64,000 nt of DNA from Octopus sinensis (Eukaryota). Of the stretch, positions 39,250 to 52,810 are shown in pieces. Position 1 is the stretch's first letter. Each line of letters opens with the position of its first letter. The translations under genes were made by a program, and so were the position numbers. The stretch covers positions 5,022,001 to 5,086,000 of the forward strand of contig NC_042998.1 in assembly GCF_006345805.1 (NCBI RefSeq). The letters run 5' to 3'. Under the pieces are notes generated by a model. That model saw only the letters and a list, made by a program, of their open reading frames with translations. It was not told where the DNA came from and ran no database searches.

Positions 39250-40520
39250 TCTGTCGATTTGTTATCATTACTCGTATTCATGCAACATCCGGCAAGAAAC
39301 AAATAAACTCTATAAAGCTTTTCCCGGAGCAGCATAGTAAGCGAGCTTTCTAGTCTCCCCTACGATTCCTACTCTTATAAGTCACAACCGGAATTTTTAA
39401 GAACCAACGAAGAAATAGCCTCTATCTATTTCATTCTCCTCTGTTTGCAGGTGATTCTCTAAAATCTTATTACAATATTTCGTCTCTTTAAAAGTATATA
39501 TTCGCTTCAGCTGCCATACTTTTTTGAATGGTATCTTTGCTTCAGTGCTATTCCACGCGTGCTTTAAATTGAGTTTTCGTTTACCTTTTAAGTCACTATA
39601 TTATATAGAATGTCCTGCAAACATCTTTTACATCTTTTTTTCTTGTAAACGCCTTGTGCGCAGCATGTGCGCCAATCGCAATAAAACTAACAAGAAAGTC
39701 AATTCATTGCTGTTGTTTTCTCTCAGCAACTGCTCTTTCAAACAACTTCATTCACCATACCTTCAATCATAGTACCACAACATTGGTTTTGAAATCCTCA
39801 GTAATGTAAGATATCTCACAAAAGCTGCATACTTCTTCGCTAGCTTTACAATTGTTCACACCACTCGCGATATAATCTGCCGTGTTCACCGTCACAAGAG
39901 TTCTATTTTTTCCCGACGCTGAACGATTCCACCTTCAACAGCAGCCTAAACTGTATCTCTGTTAAAAAGAGACGAAATGAGTATGACTTAAGCGCTGTTT
40001 TGTCCTCCTAACTCGTTAGGATCAATTCAAGGTCGTCTAAAACAGAATTTCAGAGACCCGACGGAAAACAGTTTTGCTAAACATTAAAAAGAACAACTCA
40101 ACATTGAACTCCACCAAAGGCTACACGTTGATTTACTGTCGATTTATTTGCGTAAGCAGTCCATTATAATTTGGGGATCGTCGAATTCTGCATGTGACAA
40201 AGTGGATTAAACCCATCCACATCGGAACTCAATTCCTTCCAGAATCAGGAAAACACTTTCATTTAACCAACTATAAAGAAGCGACGTCGCTATGTCAGGC
40301 TAATCAATGTCTGTAGGCAAGGAGTATCGCGCAACTCAACAAATCTCTCTTTTGCAGCAACTCGGGAAATAATTATTTAACCAGACTCTATGAGAAACAA
40401 GTCCACACCGCCGTGCATGATGTCATCTCTTCCAACTCATTTGATCCTTCAGCCATTAACTTCATTGAAATCATCTTAACTTTCACCATCCACCTCCTCC
40501 TCCTCCTCCTCAAAATTCTC
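39250..40520 (-). mobile_element. Possible ancient piggyBac transposase remnant
   Basis: Acidic N-terminus (ENFEEEEEVDGE), WMGLIH..RIRRSP and GD...LAYY...FLPDVA resemble piggyBac blocks; many stops. Confidence 0.4.
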
Positions 40521-41926
40521 AAATCAGAAAATTCTCGCAGTAATTTCACTCCCATGTGTATCTGCACAACTGAACTCCTTTCCGAGGACCTAAGTAACGT
40601 ACCTTAAAATTACCTTAAATTATCTTAAATTTGTTAAAAGGATATAACAGAAGAAACTACTGTAAAAAATAAGGCGGAAACAACATTGTTAATAATGAGA
40701 TACCAAAGCGATTGATGAATTTCAACACGAAAATCTTTTCCATTCCTGAACTGCATAAGAATTGCAGGCTACTTTTCTTGCATACTTTTCTATCGTTGTA
40801 TATGTACATGAAATCCCTTCTCACTACAATCCTTACAACTCGTGAATGCAATTATATGAGACCTACCAACAGTACATCATCATTCAAATCAATACTAAAT
40901 GGAGAATCGCTAATGCATCAAATGAATCCATGAAGAAAATCCTTGACTTAGATTGCTTTAGTGTTAATCAAATAGATTAAAAGTTAAGTAGTAGCTGGTT
41001 TATTGCGGGTAACTTTTCCTGGCAAAAAAACAAAAATCTGATACATATTCCCAGATGGTCCGGAAACTAAGAAGCAAAACTCCCTTTTGACAATAAAATG
41101 TTTGTAAAGGTTGGTCACCCGAGCCGTATGAGTCGGAAAGAAAATATTTTATCATTTCAACCATTTCATATTTACATATAACAGGTTTACAGGAAATAAT
41201 TTCTGTCAAGAGATACTTTACTTTGTTCCTATTCTGCGGTTTTAAATAAATATAATGTCATAATCCCTACGATATGCCTGTCAAGATCTATATACATACT
41301 AATCTATCAACAGTTGATAATGTTACGCAGCAAGCACAATTGCGAGGTACAGGATGGTTATTTAGACACAACGTTGTCTGTCTGGGAAATAAATATGACT
41401 AGCAGAATGAAAATTGTTATATAAGTAAAACAATGTACTTCTGTTAGTAACTGATAACTCTTATCTACAATTCTGAACAATTTGAAGAAATGTAAAGTAA
41501 TTCAATATTCTATATAGCCTACAGTGATGTTTTCACTGTGAGAATAAAGTTACCATACTGTTGGAATGTCATTACAACTTGACCGATCCAGAAAAGTGGT
41601 AGACTATATATCTCGGTCCTCAACAGAAATTCTATTAGATACAATGATTTGCAATATGTAATCTAATTCTCTCGCATTTTATATTAAGATGGCAATAGAG
41701 GAAAAGAAGACACGTAAAGAAATGTTATTTCTCTGCAATGAGTTTAACAGTAGATATTCGTATATTCCAATTTTTCACATATTTCGTGAAGACGAAATAT
41801 AAACAAAGACACAAACACACATAAAAATATTTACGTGTGTATTTTGTGTATGTTTGTGTTATTGTATGAGTGCTGTTGTCTCTTTTTCTCTCTTCGTAAA
41901 TAAATACACATACACACATACATATA

Positions 41927-42363
41927 TAAATGTCACTAAATGCGACTAGGGCGTTAGGAAACACCTACATTGCTAGAAATTAGATCTAATCCGCGCTAAT
42001 GCTGTAGTTAATGCACATGAATGAAAACATACACTAACAGGGACCATAATTGTCCGAAAAGTGGCGATCGAGAATTCTTAATACTGGCGCGTCATTTTCG
42101 GCAGTTCCCGTTGCCTCATCAGTTGAGACAGCTCGACTTCAGCCCTTACCGGTCACACTTCACCGTTAGTATTTATGTTTCCATTAACCAAATAACTGGA
42201 TGATTTAGCGATTCGCTAATGTGAGTATTTAGAATTAATATAAACAGCAATTTGCAATGTTTTCATTCATATGTGCTAACTACAGCATGAGGGCGGTTTA
42301 GCTCCTATTTCTAACAACAATGTAGGTGTTTCCTAACACTCCAGTCGCATTTAGTGACATTTG
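41927..42363. mobile_element. Tc1/mariner-type MITE with ~100-bp imperfect TIRs
   Basis: AAATGTCACTAAATGCGACT...GGAAACACCTACATTG versus CAATGTAGGTGTTTCC...AGTCGCATTTAGTGACATTTG; TA flanks. Confidence 0.85.
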
Positions 42364-42512
42364 TAATTCTCATTTCTCATGAAACAATGCAAACTGCTGT
42401 TTATATTATATAATAATACTATATAATACAATAATACTCTATTTGTCCAAGAATACTATATTTGTTACACGTCCTCGCGTTGATGTGTTTATTTCTGCTT
42501 TCTTGTTTGGAT

Positions 42513-42554
<42 letters not shown>

Positions 42555-43444
42555 CATACATGCAGGAGCGTTCGTGTGCGCTCACACAGGCAAAAGTAAG
42601 TATATGCCCGTCCGTAGTGATAATAGGCAGGGTTATTTTGGACGAAAACAGCTGGTGTCCTCCTTTCTGATTTGAAATAAGGATACGTAAGACAGAAATT
42701 ACTTCCCTCTCCTACGCAATTATCCAACAATACGTATGCATATTTTTTCTTGTTTGTGTCATACAATTTCAATTTTTACTATGCTTCTTTCTTCATACCC
42801 GTGATAAAAAATAATATTCATATGGTATACAACAGGAAGAGTAAACTAAATGTGATTTTTACGTGCCAGTAATATAGAACGAGTTAATAAAATCAACTAC
42901 ACATTTTCAAATCTTATTACTTCTTAATATAGCAATTTCCATTCGAATTATAAATACCCATAAAATGTAATGTTTATTTCGGTATTAAATTACCATGTGC
43001 ATTTATATATATTTTTTCATGTATATATTAAACAAATTATCAGAGTCGTTGGTGTGAATATATCAACATTTAATAATAAACGTCTTATTTCAGCTTTAGA
43101 CATAGAACTTCAAATAATGTAGGAAAATTTTTATCGGTGATTCAGAAATGATAAAAAAAAAGTCAAATGATAAAAAAAAGGTCAATTGGAGTGGAATTTG
43201 AATTCTAGAGATTATTAATGACTTACACCGCAATTTGCCAACTTTGTAATTCTCAGAGAATGATGCTTGAAGGAGATCATTTTTTTCTTATATTGACCTC
43301 TCGGAAATAACGTCACAACTGAAGATTTTGTGCCATAGGTTATACTTTTAAAACGGGCTCGTAGTAGTGAGACGATTTACGAAGAAATATGCAAAGAAAT
43401 TAAGGGCAACGCTTATTTTCTCTTTGAAAGGACTAGCACTAAAA

Positions 43445-43790
43445 TCAGTAAAGTAAAAAGTAAAGACCCTCTTTGCTTATGGATGAGCATGGGATTGAAC
43501 CAAGAAAGTTCTCCTCCGAGGCACAATCCGAGCAAGGTTGTTTATGGAAGGCCAGCACTCACCCATGAATACCATTCTTCTCTCCTCTGAGTGACTGATT
43601 TGATCCAAGGGACGGGCCGATACAGCTTGGCACCAGAGACGTCGCAGTTCGTTTCTAAAACTGAGTGAAATGAAGCAACAGGAAGTAAAGTGAATTACTC
43701 AAGAATGCCTCACAAAGCCTGGTCCGGGAATCGAACTCACTACCTCATGATTGTGAGCTCGATGCTCTCACCACTGAGTCATGCGCCTTC
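43445..43790 (-). mobile_element. tRNA-derived SINE family D
   Basis: Reverse complement GGCGCATGACTCAGTGGTGAGAGCATCG...GAGTTCGATTCCCGG (A/B boxes); (TTTAC)n-like tail. Confidence 0.82.
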
Positions 43791-44139
43791 AATCTATCGT
43801 CAGTAGCACAGTAAATTAATATGATAGTCCGATAGTGTGGCAAGTTTTAAAAGCCCGATTGTAGTGAGCTATGATTTTATGGTATTTTGTGTGTTCATGG
43901 ATCCAAACACTCAATACCATTTTCTGAAAATGGATCGTAGACATTGTGAGGCTTTGATTTCAACAGTCATCCAGATTAGCCAAGGGAAGATATATAGTTA
44001 ATAAGACGAACGAAAAGTATATAAGTTTCTTCAAATCTCAATAGTTGTGCAATGCTGTTGGACATAATCAGTATACATAGACAATGACACAATCAGAAAT
44101 TGCAAAGAGGATAAATTCACGGAAGGCCCATAATAAATA

Positions 44140-44704
44140 TTGGGTTGTCCGGAAAGTTCGTGCCGACTTTTAAAGGCAAGAAAAAGGTCAATAAATATTT
44201 GTGTTACATTTTTAATCAATCAAATATGAACCATTTTGTTGCACAATGTGTCTCCATCTTCCCTTTAACTTGAAAATACCCTCTTCCCAGAGGTGAGGTG
44301 GATTCATGGCAAAGAATTCATCAAGGATTTTTTTTATGTCATCCAAGAAATTAAAATTTTTACCGTTAAGACTGTTCTGCAGAGCCCTGAATAAGTGGAA
44401 ATCCGAAGGAGCAATATCTGGTGAATATGGAGGGTGGGCTAACACATCCCAGCCGAGCTGCAGCAATTTTTGTCTGGTTCCCAAAGCATCAAATGCCGAA
44501 AATGTACTTTCTTATCTTCCATTTTAAAGGGTTACAGAATTAACACAGGTTATAAGAGTATAAATCTTCTTCCACGAAAACACAGCTTCAACTGTGCTCT
44601 AAATGAAGGTGTAGCCAAATCTTATTTTATGAACTCAACCATGTTCTAAAATAAGTCGAAAAGCAAGCTACTATAAATCGGCACGAACTTTCCTGACAAC
44701 CCAA
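44140..44704 (-). mobile_element. Internally deleted mariner (mellifera/cecropia-like)
   Basis: TA TSD; TIR TTGGGTTGTCCGGAAAGTTCGTGCCGA; HPPYSPDIAPSDFHLF motif (ORF 44212-44484). Confidence 0.93.
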
Positions 44705-45084
44705 TAGATTAGCGAACTAGCTAAAGATAAAATGCTTAGGATTATTATCCACAATAAATTATAATTTCTTACATTTACTTTAGACCTAGTAATAGAAAAT
44801 TATGAAGTGAAGAGAGAATCCATATGTAGAGTAAAATATATTTGTGAAAACGGTTTTGCGGAGCAAATGCTTTCTGCATCGCAGTAAGACAAACTATCAA
44901 CACCCGTCCAGTCACACTCATATGAAATCACACTAACTTGCAACTATTAGAGAAAGGCTCTATTTTTTTTTCATTTAAGGTTATTAATTCATTAATTTAA
45001 TTATGTATGTGTTACGGATTTCTTAGACATTTCCAGTGTTTTGACAATAACAAATCCTGTTCTATGCTAATATATGCCGTTTCT

Positions 45085-45802
45085 AAGGCGGCGAGCTGGC
45101 AGAAACGTTAGCACGCCGGGCGAAATGCTGAGCGGTATTTCGTCTGCGTTACGTTGTGAGTTCAAATTCCGCCGAGGTTGACTTTGCCTTTCATCCTTTC
45201 GGGGTCGATAAATTAAGTACCAGTTCCGCACTGGGGTCGATGTAATCGACTTAATACCTATGTCTGTCCTTGTTTGTTCCCTCTATGTTTAGCCCCTTGT
45301 GGGTAATAAAGAAATAGGTATTTCGTCTGCCGTTAATTTCTGAGTTCAAATTCCGCCGAGGTCGACTTTGCCTTTCATCCTTTCGGGGTCGATAAATTAA
45401 GTACTAGTTACGTACTGGGGTCGATATAATCGACTTAATCCGTTTGCCTGTCCTTGTTTGTTCGCTCTGTGTTTATCCCCTTGTGGGTAGTAAAGAAATA
45501 GGTATTTCGTCTGCCGTTACGTTCCGAGTTCAAATTCCGCCGAGGTCGACTTTGCCTTTCATCCTTTCGGGGTCAATAAATTAAGTACCAGTTCCGTACT
45601 GGGGTCGATATAATCGACTTAATCCGTTTGTCTGTCCTTGTTTGTTCTCTCTGTGTTTAGCCCCTTGTGGGTAGTAAAGAAATAGAAATAGGTATCAAAT
45701 TCTAGGGTCAATAAATTAAGCACCAGTTGCGTACTGGGGTCGATCTAATCGACTGGCTCCCTCTCCCCAAAATTCCAGGCCTTGTGCCAAGAGTAGAAAA
45801 AG
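45085..45802 (+). mobile_element. SINE family B composite: head, three type-i units and a type-ii tail
   Basis: Units at 45134, 45317 and 45501, fourth junction at 45691; 16-bp TSD AATATATRCCRTTTCT (45069-45084 / 45803-45818). Confidence 0.92.
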
Positions 45803-46099
45803 AATATATACCATTTCTGCTGTCCATTTCTGTTGAGCTAACATCATAACTCTCTTGCGAAAGTTAGTTTCTTTTGATGAAACACAACTACACTGTCTAG
45901 TAAATAGTTCAAATATACGTTCATCCACGCGCACACACATGCGTGTACATATGTGTTTGTGTGTATATATATAAATACTTTTTAACATATATTGTACTTA
46001 TGTTTATATTTTAGTTTCCCAGATGCGGATACTGAAGAGTTAGAAATAAGATGAACGGCCTCAAGAAGAAAGTAGTTAGCTATTGGTAACAGAGAAGGT

Positions 46100-47350
46100 C
46101 ACTTCTATCATAAATTATGCTGGCTTTAGTATGAGTCGAACTCTTTGTCAGGCCATGCAATATCGATTATACCACTTCGAGTAATCGTATATCTGCCGCA
46201 TAACAGAAAATTTATAGGGCAGTGGAATGTAGAAATTGCAAAACATCAAACAAAATAGCTGGTGATATTTCATTATGTTTCGTACGTCCTGAAAAGATGT
46301 CTTGTATATCCTGTATCTAGATTCTGGAAAAATTAAATAGAAACACGTCTGTTCTAAGCAGAAATATTTACAAGTTCCACAGGTATCATATGTTGTAGTA
46401 GATTTATGATTGAATATACTCGTTCAACCTCTCAGCTAGGAACCTTGTGATGCAGAATATTCCTGATAGCATATATTGCTTATAGCATGTATAACATAAA
46501 GGTGAGATAGAGATCAATCAGTAAAACGCACTCTTGTTGTGGAGACTGTGGCTTCAAGGTAAACGTTATCCAATGAAGACATTTCATTGACAGGGGGAAT
46601 AGTTTGCAACATTTTACTTATAATGAATCATGCTATACAAAATTCCCCCTAGCGGAGTAAAACAGTCTACCGCTCTTGATTTTCCAATATTGAATAAAAC
46701 GTAATATCACTAACTTTATCAACGAATATTAATCTGTGAATATATACAAATACACCGAGTTAATAAGATTCTGTGAACATGTATGCAACGTAAAATTGTT
46801 CAGTCTTTCTGTAAATTGTCATATAGTTTATATCACATCTATTTTTTTTTAATATCGGGTCCAAAGTATTGTTATGAGTCTCTATAGGAAAGATGCTACT
46901 CGAATGACAGTACACACTCGGTAGTATGTGATCTGATTCATGTGGTGCAAAATTTCTGGACTGCATAAATGTTAGGGTTATCCGCTTAAGGTTGGTGCTC
47001 CAATAACCTCTTAGTATTATTTCGGACTTCATATTCCATATCCTGTATCTATCGGTCCCTACATCTTTGTACTTGGTCAACTTATTTAGAATTTCCGTGG
47101 AATATTTAGGAATGTAATACAATGTCGATGAGTACACAATCCCTAGCTTCCTACTCCTGAAAATGACATCAGGCTTGTGGATATTTGTATCTCTTTGGGT
47201 GTAGAAGTGAATACCCCCAGTAGTTTTGACATCATTTTCCCTAGATGTCATGTTTGACTGATAGTCACGGCACTTCTCAGTTACCTTGGCTATATAACTC
47301 ATGCATATATTCCACTGTAAGCTACTATCTTTGGCCGCGTGCCGAAGACA
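46100..47350 (-). mobile_element. Ancient PLE-like RT remnant
   Basis: DVIFRSRKLG (ADKG region), SPCQ*NVFIG (AP.YANLFMG-like) and DIQDIF (YIDDIF-like), in the expected order. Confidence 0.45.
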
Positions 47351-47449
47351 TTATTCCCACGGAAGAATGAATATATTAAATTTTCTGAAATATAAAAATT
47401 ATTGTCATATGATTTTGTATTTTAATGCATTTCAGATATAGTTTTACAT

Positions 47450-48750
47450 ATTGTTATTTCTTAAAGGCCATATGTGCTTAGATATATTTGAATCAAAAAC
47501 TTTTTTATGATTTCTGAAAATATGGTGGGCGTTAAATGCACTTTATTTTAAAGAATCGTTTTGTGATATATATACTCATTAGTAACACAAAAACGGTCTC
47601 ACCATATTCAATTTATTACACAAGTGTTCCTTGCTTTATAAATGCATAACGAGGGACACTTTTATATCTGAGAAGCCACGTCAGCAAGTTTCAGCTATCA
47701 TCAGTATATTTTCTGAAAGCTTGAAAGATGCTGTGACACAACTTAGTCATAAAAGAAAATCTGGTTTTAAGGAATAATAATATATGAAACTATAAATATA
47801 TTTTAGACTATGTTAGAATATACCAAACCTTTTGATTAAAGTAAAGAAAATAGGGATTCAGGGAAAATTAATTTTTATTCCACAGGAATTATATGATTGA
47901 TGTCTGTTCAGATTAAATCATTTTTATTGACATAAATCGCAATATTTTTAAATGCCCAAAGTTTAAACATGACACATCCTAACATGTTCCCGATAAACAC
48001 TCCTTACTATTCATATTTTTCTTCAGGTTAATCGCATTTAAGAAAAGCATTGATGGTGGGTAGTAGATGGCTTTAAGAAGACATTTTGAAAATTAAAGAA
48101 TGATTCTTCGAAAGAGGATCTTTTTCATACAGCTTCAAATTTATTTATGTTAAGGACTTTCTGTAGGTTATAAATAATTCTTTATGTTGTCTGTACATAT
48201 GTATAACCTGTGTAGAATATTCATGAGGGAGTAGCATCAGATTTCCTGTTGCTTTTATAAGTGATTCATAAATTTCAATATTTTATTTCTAAATTCAGTA
48301 TTAAACATAAGAACGATTCGCTTTAAGAATTTAATTACAGCTGAGACATCTTCAGATTTTGAGAAAGTTCAAAGTTGAAGAAAATATAAACTTTCTGGAA
48401 GATATTTGGAGAACTATAACTATGTTGAAAGTTACAGGAGGAAAAAATAGATGTCACCCTTTTCAATGATGTAGAGATTGAATGAGAATTTGGTTAATTT
48501 TTGGAAGGTACATTAGTAAGAATTCGGTCCCTCAATTTTTCGTAAGCATTGAACATCACCTCCTAGTCCACTGGTGCCTTTGTAGAATTCATTCTGTAGC
48601 ATATATTCGCACCATTAACGAGTTACCTCACGACGGACATTTAACATCTACGTTTCCTTAGAGGCCCACATGTAATAGTAAACCTGCAGGATGGTTGTCT
48701 TTTGCCTACCTTCATCTCTCCCATTTCCCGACAAAGAAAGTCAGCGTAGG
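47450..48750 (-). mobile_element. Possible ancient LINE ORF2 remnant
   Basis: VRIYA and LGGDVQC (APE-like), KYTDDS (YADD-like); very degraded. Confidence 0.3.
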
Positions 48751-49282
48751 TTGCATAGTGACACTTTATGGGCGACAATTCGAATGACAGAAAAATAAGC
48801 CGAAATGCGTAGGCGTAATTGACAGTATGGCTGTCTTGTCATAGTTCGATTTCCATGAACGGGTGTTCTGTGCGGAATATTTTCATCTTAGTGTATCAAT
48901 AAACATGAACTCAAAGGAAGATATGATATAGTTTTTAAATCTCACAGATCTAGAGGGGCATATTTTCCCAATGTAAAACGTAATTCTGTAGACAGGAAAT
49001 TTCAGACCACAAATAATGTGAGAGGTATGTAAAATTCGCTGGCCGATCTCTTCCAGAAGAAATTTTCGCAGTTAAATCAATTTTAAAGGAATGGTACATG
49101 GAAATAAAAGGGATGTGCGTTAATAGAATGTTAACATAATGAGCGATCGATGTGGCGCATTTCTAGAGACATAACTTATTTCCGCTTTCTTATTTCAATA
49201 ATGTAATTTTGTGTGTGTTTGTGTGTGTGTGAGTGTGTGTGTGTGCATAGATTTATACACGCGCGCGCACGCACACATACAC

Positions 49283-49354
<72 letters not shown>

Positions 49355-49358
49355 TAGG

Positions 49359-49518
49359 TAGGTAGTCGGCCGCATGCTAGAAATAGATCATCAACGATCA
49401 AACTACAAAGAAAGTTCTCTAGAGGAAAAATTCAGCGAACACCAGAACCAAATTTGGCGGGCAGGACAGATGAAAATTCATATAAATGATCTATTTCTAG
49501 CATGCGGCCGACTACCTA
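49359..49518. mobile_element. 160-bp MITE-like element with perfect 33-bp inverted ends
   Basis: TAGGTAGTCGGCCGCATGCTAGAAATAGATCAT (49359-49391) is the exact reverse complement of 49486-49518. Confidence 0.8.
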
Positions 49519-49803
49519 GCAGTCTTGCCCTGCCAATATACACATATATTAGAATTTTCTCTGATTTCTCAGATTTTTTGTATGCTAGGCTACTGGTTTT
49601 AAATTAATATTGAAATCAATATTAATTTATCTCCCTCATTATTTAAATTTTTATATATATATATATATTCATATATACACGATATATTGTAAAAATAACG
49701 ATAATCCTTGGGTAGTATTTATAAACATTTAATGCATCACTACGCGTGTTTCCAGAAATCACTTTACTACCTGATTCGTTTTCTCTCATTATTGGATTGT
49801 TTC

Positions 49804-50354
49804 GATTTGCTCTCTCCCGGAACAAATGTTTGTAGTCAGCCAGAATGAGGGAGCTTTCCGCAAATCACATGTCCCTTAAGATCACAGTCCATATTCCTGG
49901 AAGGATTACAGTTTAGTCCGTAGTATTCGTGGACATTTACCCGATGCCCACGGATACTACGGTACTACCCACCTTTGACATCACCAGACTGAATAGCAAA
50001 ATAAGTCCAGTATCCCCACACACCTCCATCCACATTTAACTATCATTCCTTACCCTCTTTTCATCACCTCCCCCTCCTCATTACCAAATTCACACAGAAA
50101 TACCCAAATAACCCCATCAATTTTCGCACTGGTCAAAATGGATAATCATCTCTCTCTCTCTTAAACATCCATTAATACGATAGCGCCTGAGGAAATGAAT
50201 CCATGAAGATGATTTATTCGATGGCCACGGATACTACGGACTACACTGTAATTATCTCAAGAATATGGACTGTGATATTAAGGGAGATGTCATTTGCGGA
50301 AACCTCCTTCCTTCTTGTCTGACTACAGAGATTTGTTCGCGGAGAGAGCAAATC
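49804..50354. repeat. ~130-bp imperfect inverted repeat around a C-rich spacer
   Basis: 49804-49932 versus 50225-50354. Confidence 0.85.
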
Positions 50355-50662
50355 AAAGACAGAATGCGATAATAAGGGAAAGGTGAAACAAGTTCAGTAC
50401 ATAAATGACGAAATGCAGAGTTGATGTTTGTATGGTTTGAACTGAAAGCTTATATAGCCAGAACGATTGCAGCAGATCAATTTAACACTCATACGAGTCT
50501 ACGAACACATCACCTTATATATACATATATACATACATATAATGAATTAATATATATGTATAAATAAAATATATATGTATACAGAGAGAACGAGAGAGAG
50601 AAAGAGAACGAGGGAGAGAAAGAGAGTGCAGGGAGAGAGAAAGTGAGTTAGAGAGACAAGAA

Positions 50663-50704
<42 letters not shown>

Positions 50705-51465
50705 ATGTGGTATATTGTATATGTATAAATTAAACGTTCGCTTAACAAGACATGGAAAATGACAAGCATATATAGAGATTGTTACACAAAGAGACATATT
50801 CATAACCTCTAAATGCATATTAATATTTATACATCATGCTATCTAGACATATATTGGCATAAAGTACAGAAATATATTCATGTATAGGTAGTTCAATATC
50901 TTATTCATAGCACTAATTTTATCATATACTTTACATTTTATGGATAAATAAGTGAAATGAATATACCAAGAATTGTTCTGGGGTTACCAGCAATGTTTCT
51001 ATAACAGGTTGATGGACGGCGAAATTAGCAGAGCATTGGCAAATGTCTTTCGCATTCGGTCTTTTGCAACCTGTTCTAAAATTATGTAGAATCGACGTTT
51101 CCTTTCATGTGGTGTAGTTGTGATGAAATATATATCATGAATATGCTGGCGATCACTTACTTGACAATACTCACCTTCAAATACGTATCGTTTTGATAAC
51201 AATAATCAGTCTATACATGTTAACTTGCTATTTATCATTTTCATTATTTTCTTTTAAGCTCTTTTGATATACTATTGCAGATGATAATGCAAGTTAATAT
51301 AAGTCATAAACTTACAAAGTCTACTTTTCGCAAGATAGTTCGCTCTTATCATAGAAAATATTATTTCGCAATTGCTGACGATTGTCGAATCTACTAAACT
51401 TGTTTTGAAATGAAAATCATAATGAGGATGCATAAACTGAAAATATTAGGAATAACAAAAGTGTT

Positions 51466-52062
51466 GATTTGAAATTTTGTCACAGGGCCAACAATTCCGG
51501 CAGAAGGGGTAAGTCTATTACATTGACCCAGGGCTCAAATGGCACTTATCTTATCGACGTTAAAAGGATGAAAGGCAAAGTAGACATTAGTCGAATTTGA
51601 ACTTAGAAGATAAATATGAACGAAGTGCCGCACAGCATTTTGATAGGCGTGATAACGTTTCTTATTTCTTTATTGCCCACATGGGTGTAAACATAGATGG
51701 GACAAACAAGGACAGACAAACGGATTAAGTCGATTATATCGACCCCAGTGCGTAACTGGTACTTAAGGATGAAAGGCAAAGTCGACCTCGGCGAAATTTG
51801 AACTCAGAACGTAACTGTAGACGAAATACGTATTTCTTTATTAACCAAAAGGGCTGAACACAGAGGGGACAAACAAGGACAGACGAACGGATTAAGTCGA
51901 TTACATCGACACCAGTGCGTAACAGGTGCTTAGTTTATCGCTCCCGAACGGAGGAAAGGCAAAGTCGACCTCGGTGGAATTTGAATTCAGAACGCAGCGG
52001 CGGACGAAATACCACAAAGCATTTCGCCCAGCGTGCTAACGATTCTGCCAGGTCGCCACCTT
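51466..52062 (-). mobile_element. SINE family B composite: two type-i units followed by an old type-ii copy
   Basis: Junctions at 51830/51831 and 51660/51661. Confidence 0.88.
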
Positions 52063-52508
52063 AAAATAATAAAATATTGGTTCAATAAACGGTAATAAAG
52101 TAAAATAAAATATTTGAAAATTTAAAAATATGTCTTTAAGTAAAGAATAAGTAACATATAACGCGTTAGTCCTTCCATTTGAATGCCTTAAAGAGCTGCA
52201 AAATTTCTTAAAATGATTCTTTTTTAGGAGATATATTTAGAAATGCAATTCTGGATATTCAAAAACAAATAATTAGAAATGAGATTTGCGCACAGTAGCA
52301 AACTTATACTGAACCATCCTAATCACATTAATCGACCATTGTACTTTATTACAACTTGTTTTATTGACCCAGCAGATATGAGACGCAATGATCACACATG
52401 TTTCAATTTCAGGTTATTCTGAAATATTCATTGCACTGTGTCTAAATTCAGTTAACTTCAGCTGCCTGCCTGCTCCATATGTAAATATAATCTACTAACA
52501 ATGACGGT

Positions 52509-52810
52509 AAGACGGTGGTGAATTGGCAGACACGTTAGCACGCCGGGCAAAATGCGTAGCCGTATTTCATCTGCCGTTACGTTCTGAGTTCAAATTCCGC
52601 CGAGGTCGACTTTGCTTTTCATCGTTTCGGGGTCGATAAATTAAGTACCAGTTACGCACTGGAGTCGATATAAACGACTTAATTCGTTGTTTGTCCTCGT
52701 TTGTCCCCTCTGTGTTTAGCCCCTTGTGGGTAGTAAAGAAATAAGAATCTCAGCACATTATGCTAAAAAGCTTTACGTTCTAAGTTCAAATTCCTCTAGG
52801 GTCGATTCTG
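52509..52810 (+). mobile_element. SINE family B type i followed by the remains of an older copy
   Basis: After the tail AAAGAAATAA the sequence resumes GAATCTCAGCAC...TTACGTTCTAAGTTCAAATTCC. Confidence 0.85.

Noticed and set aside
45134-45690. Regular repeats resembling a CRISPR array or satellite
   Set aside because: Contiguous SINE units with no unique spacers; eukaryotic context
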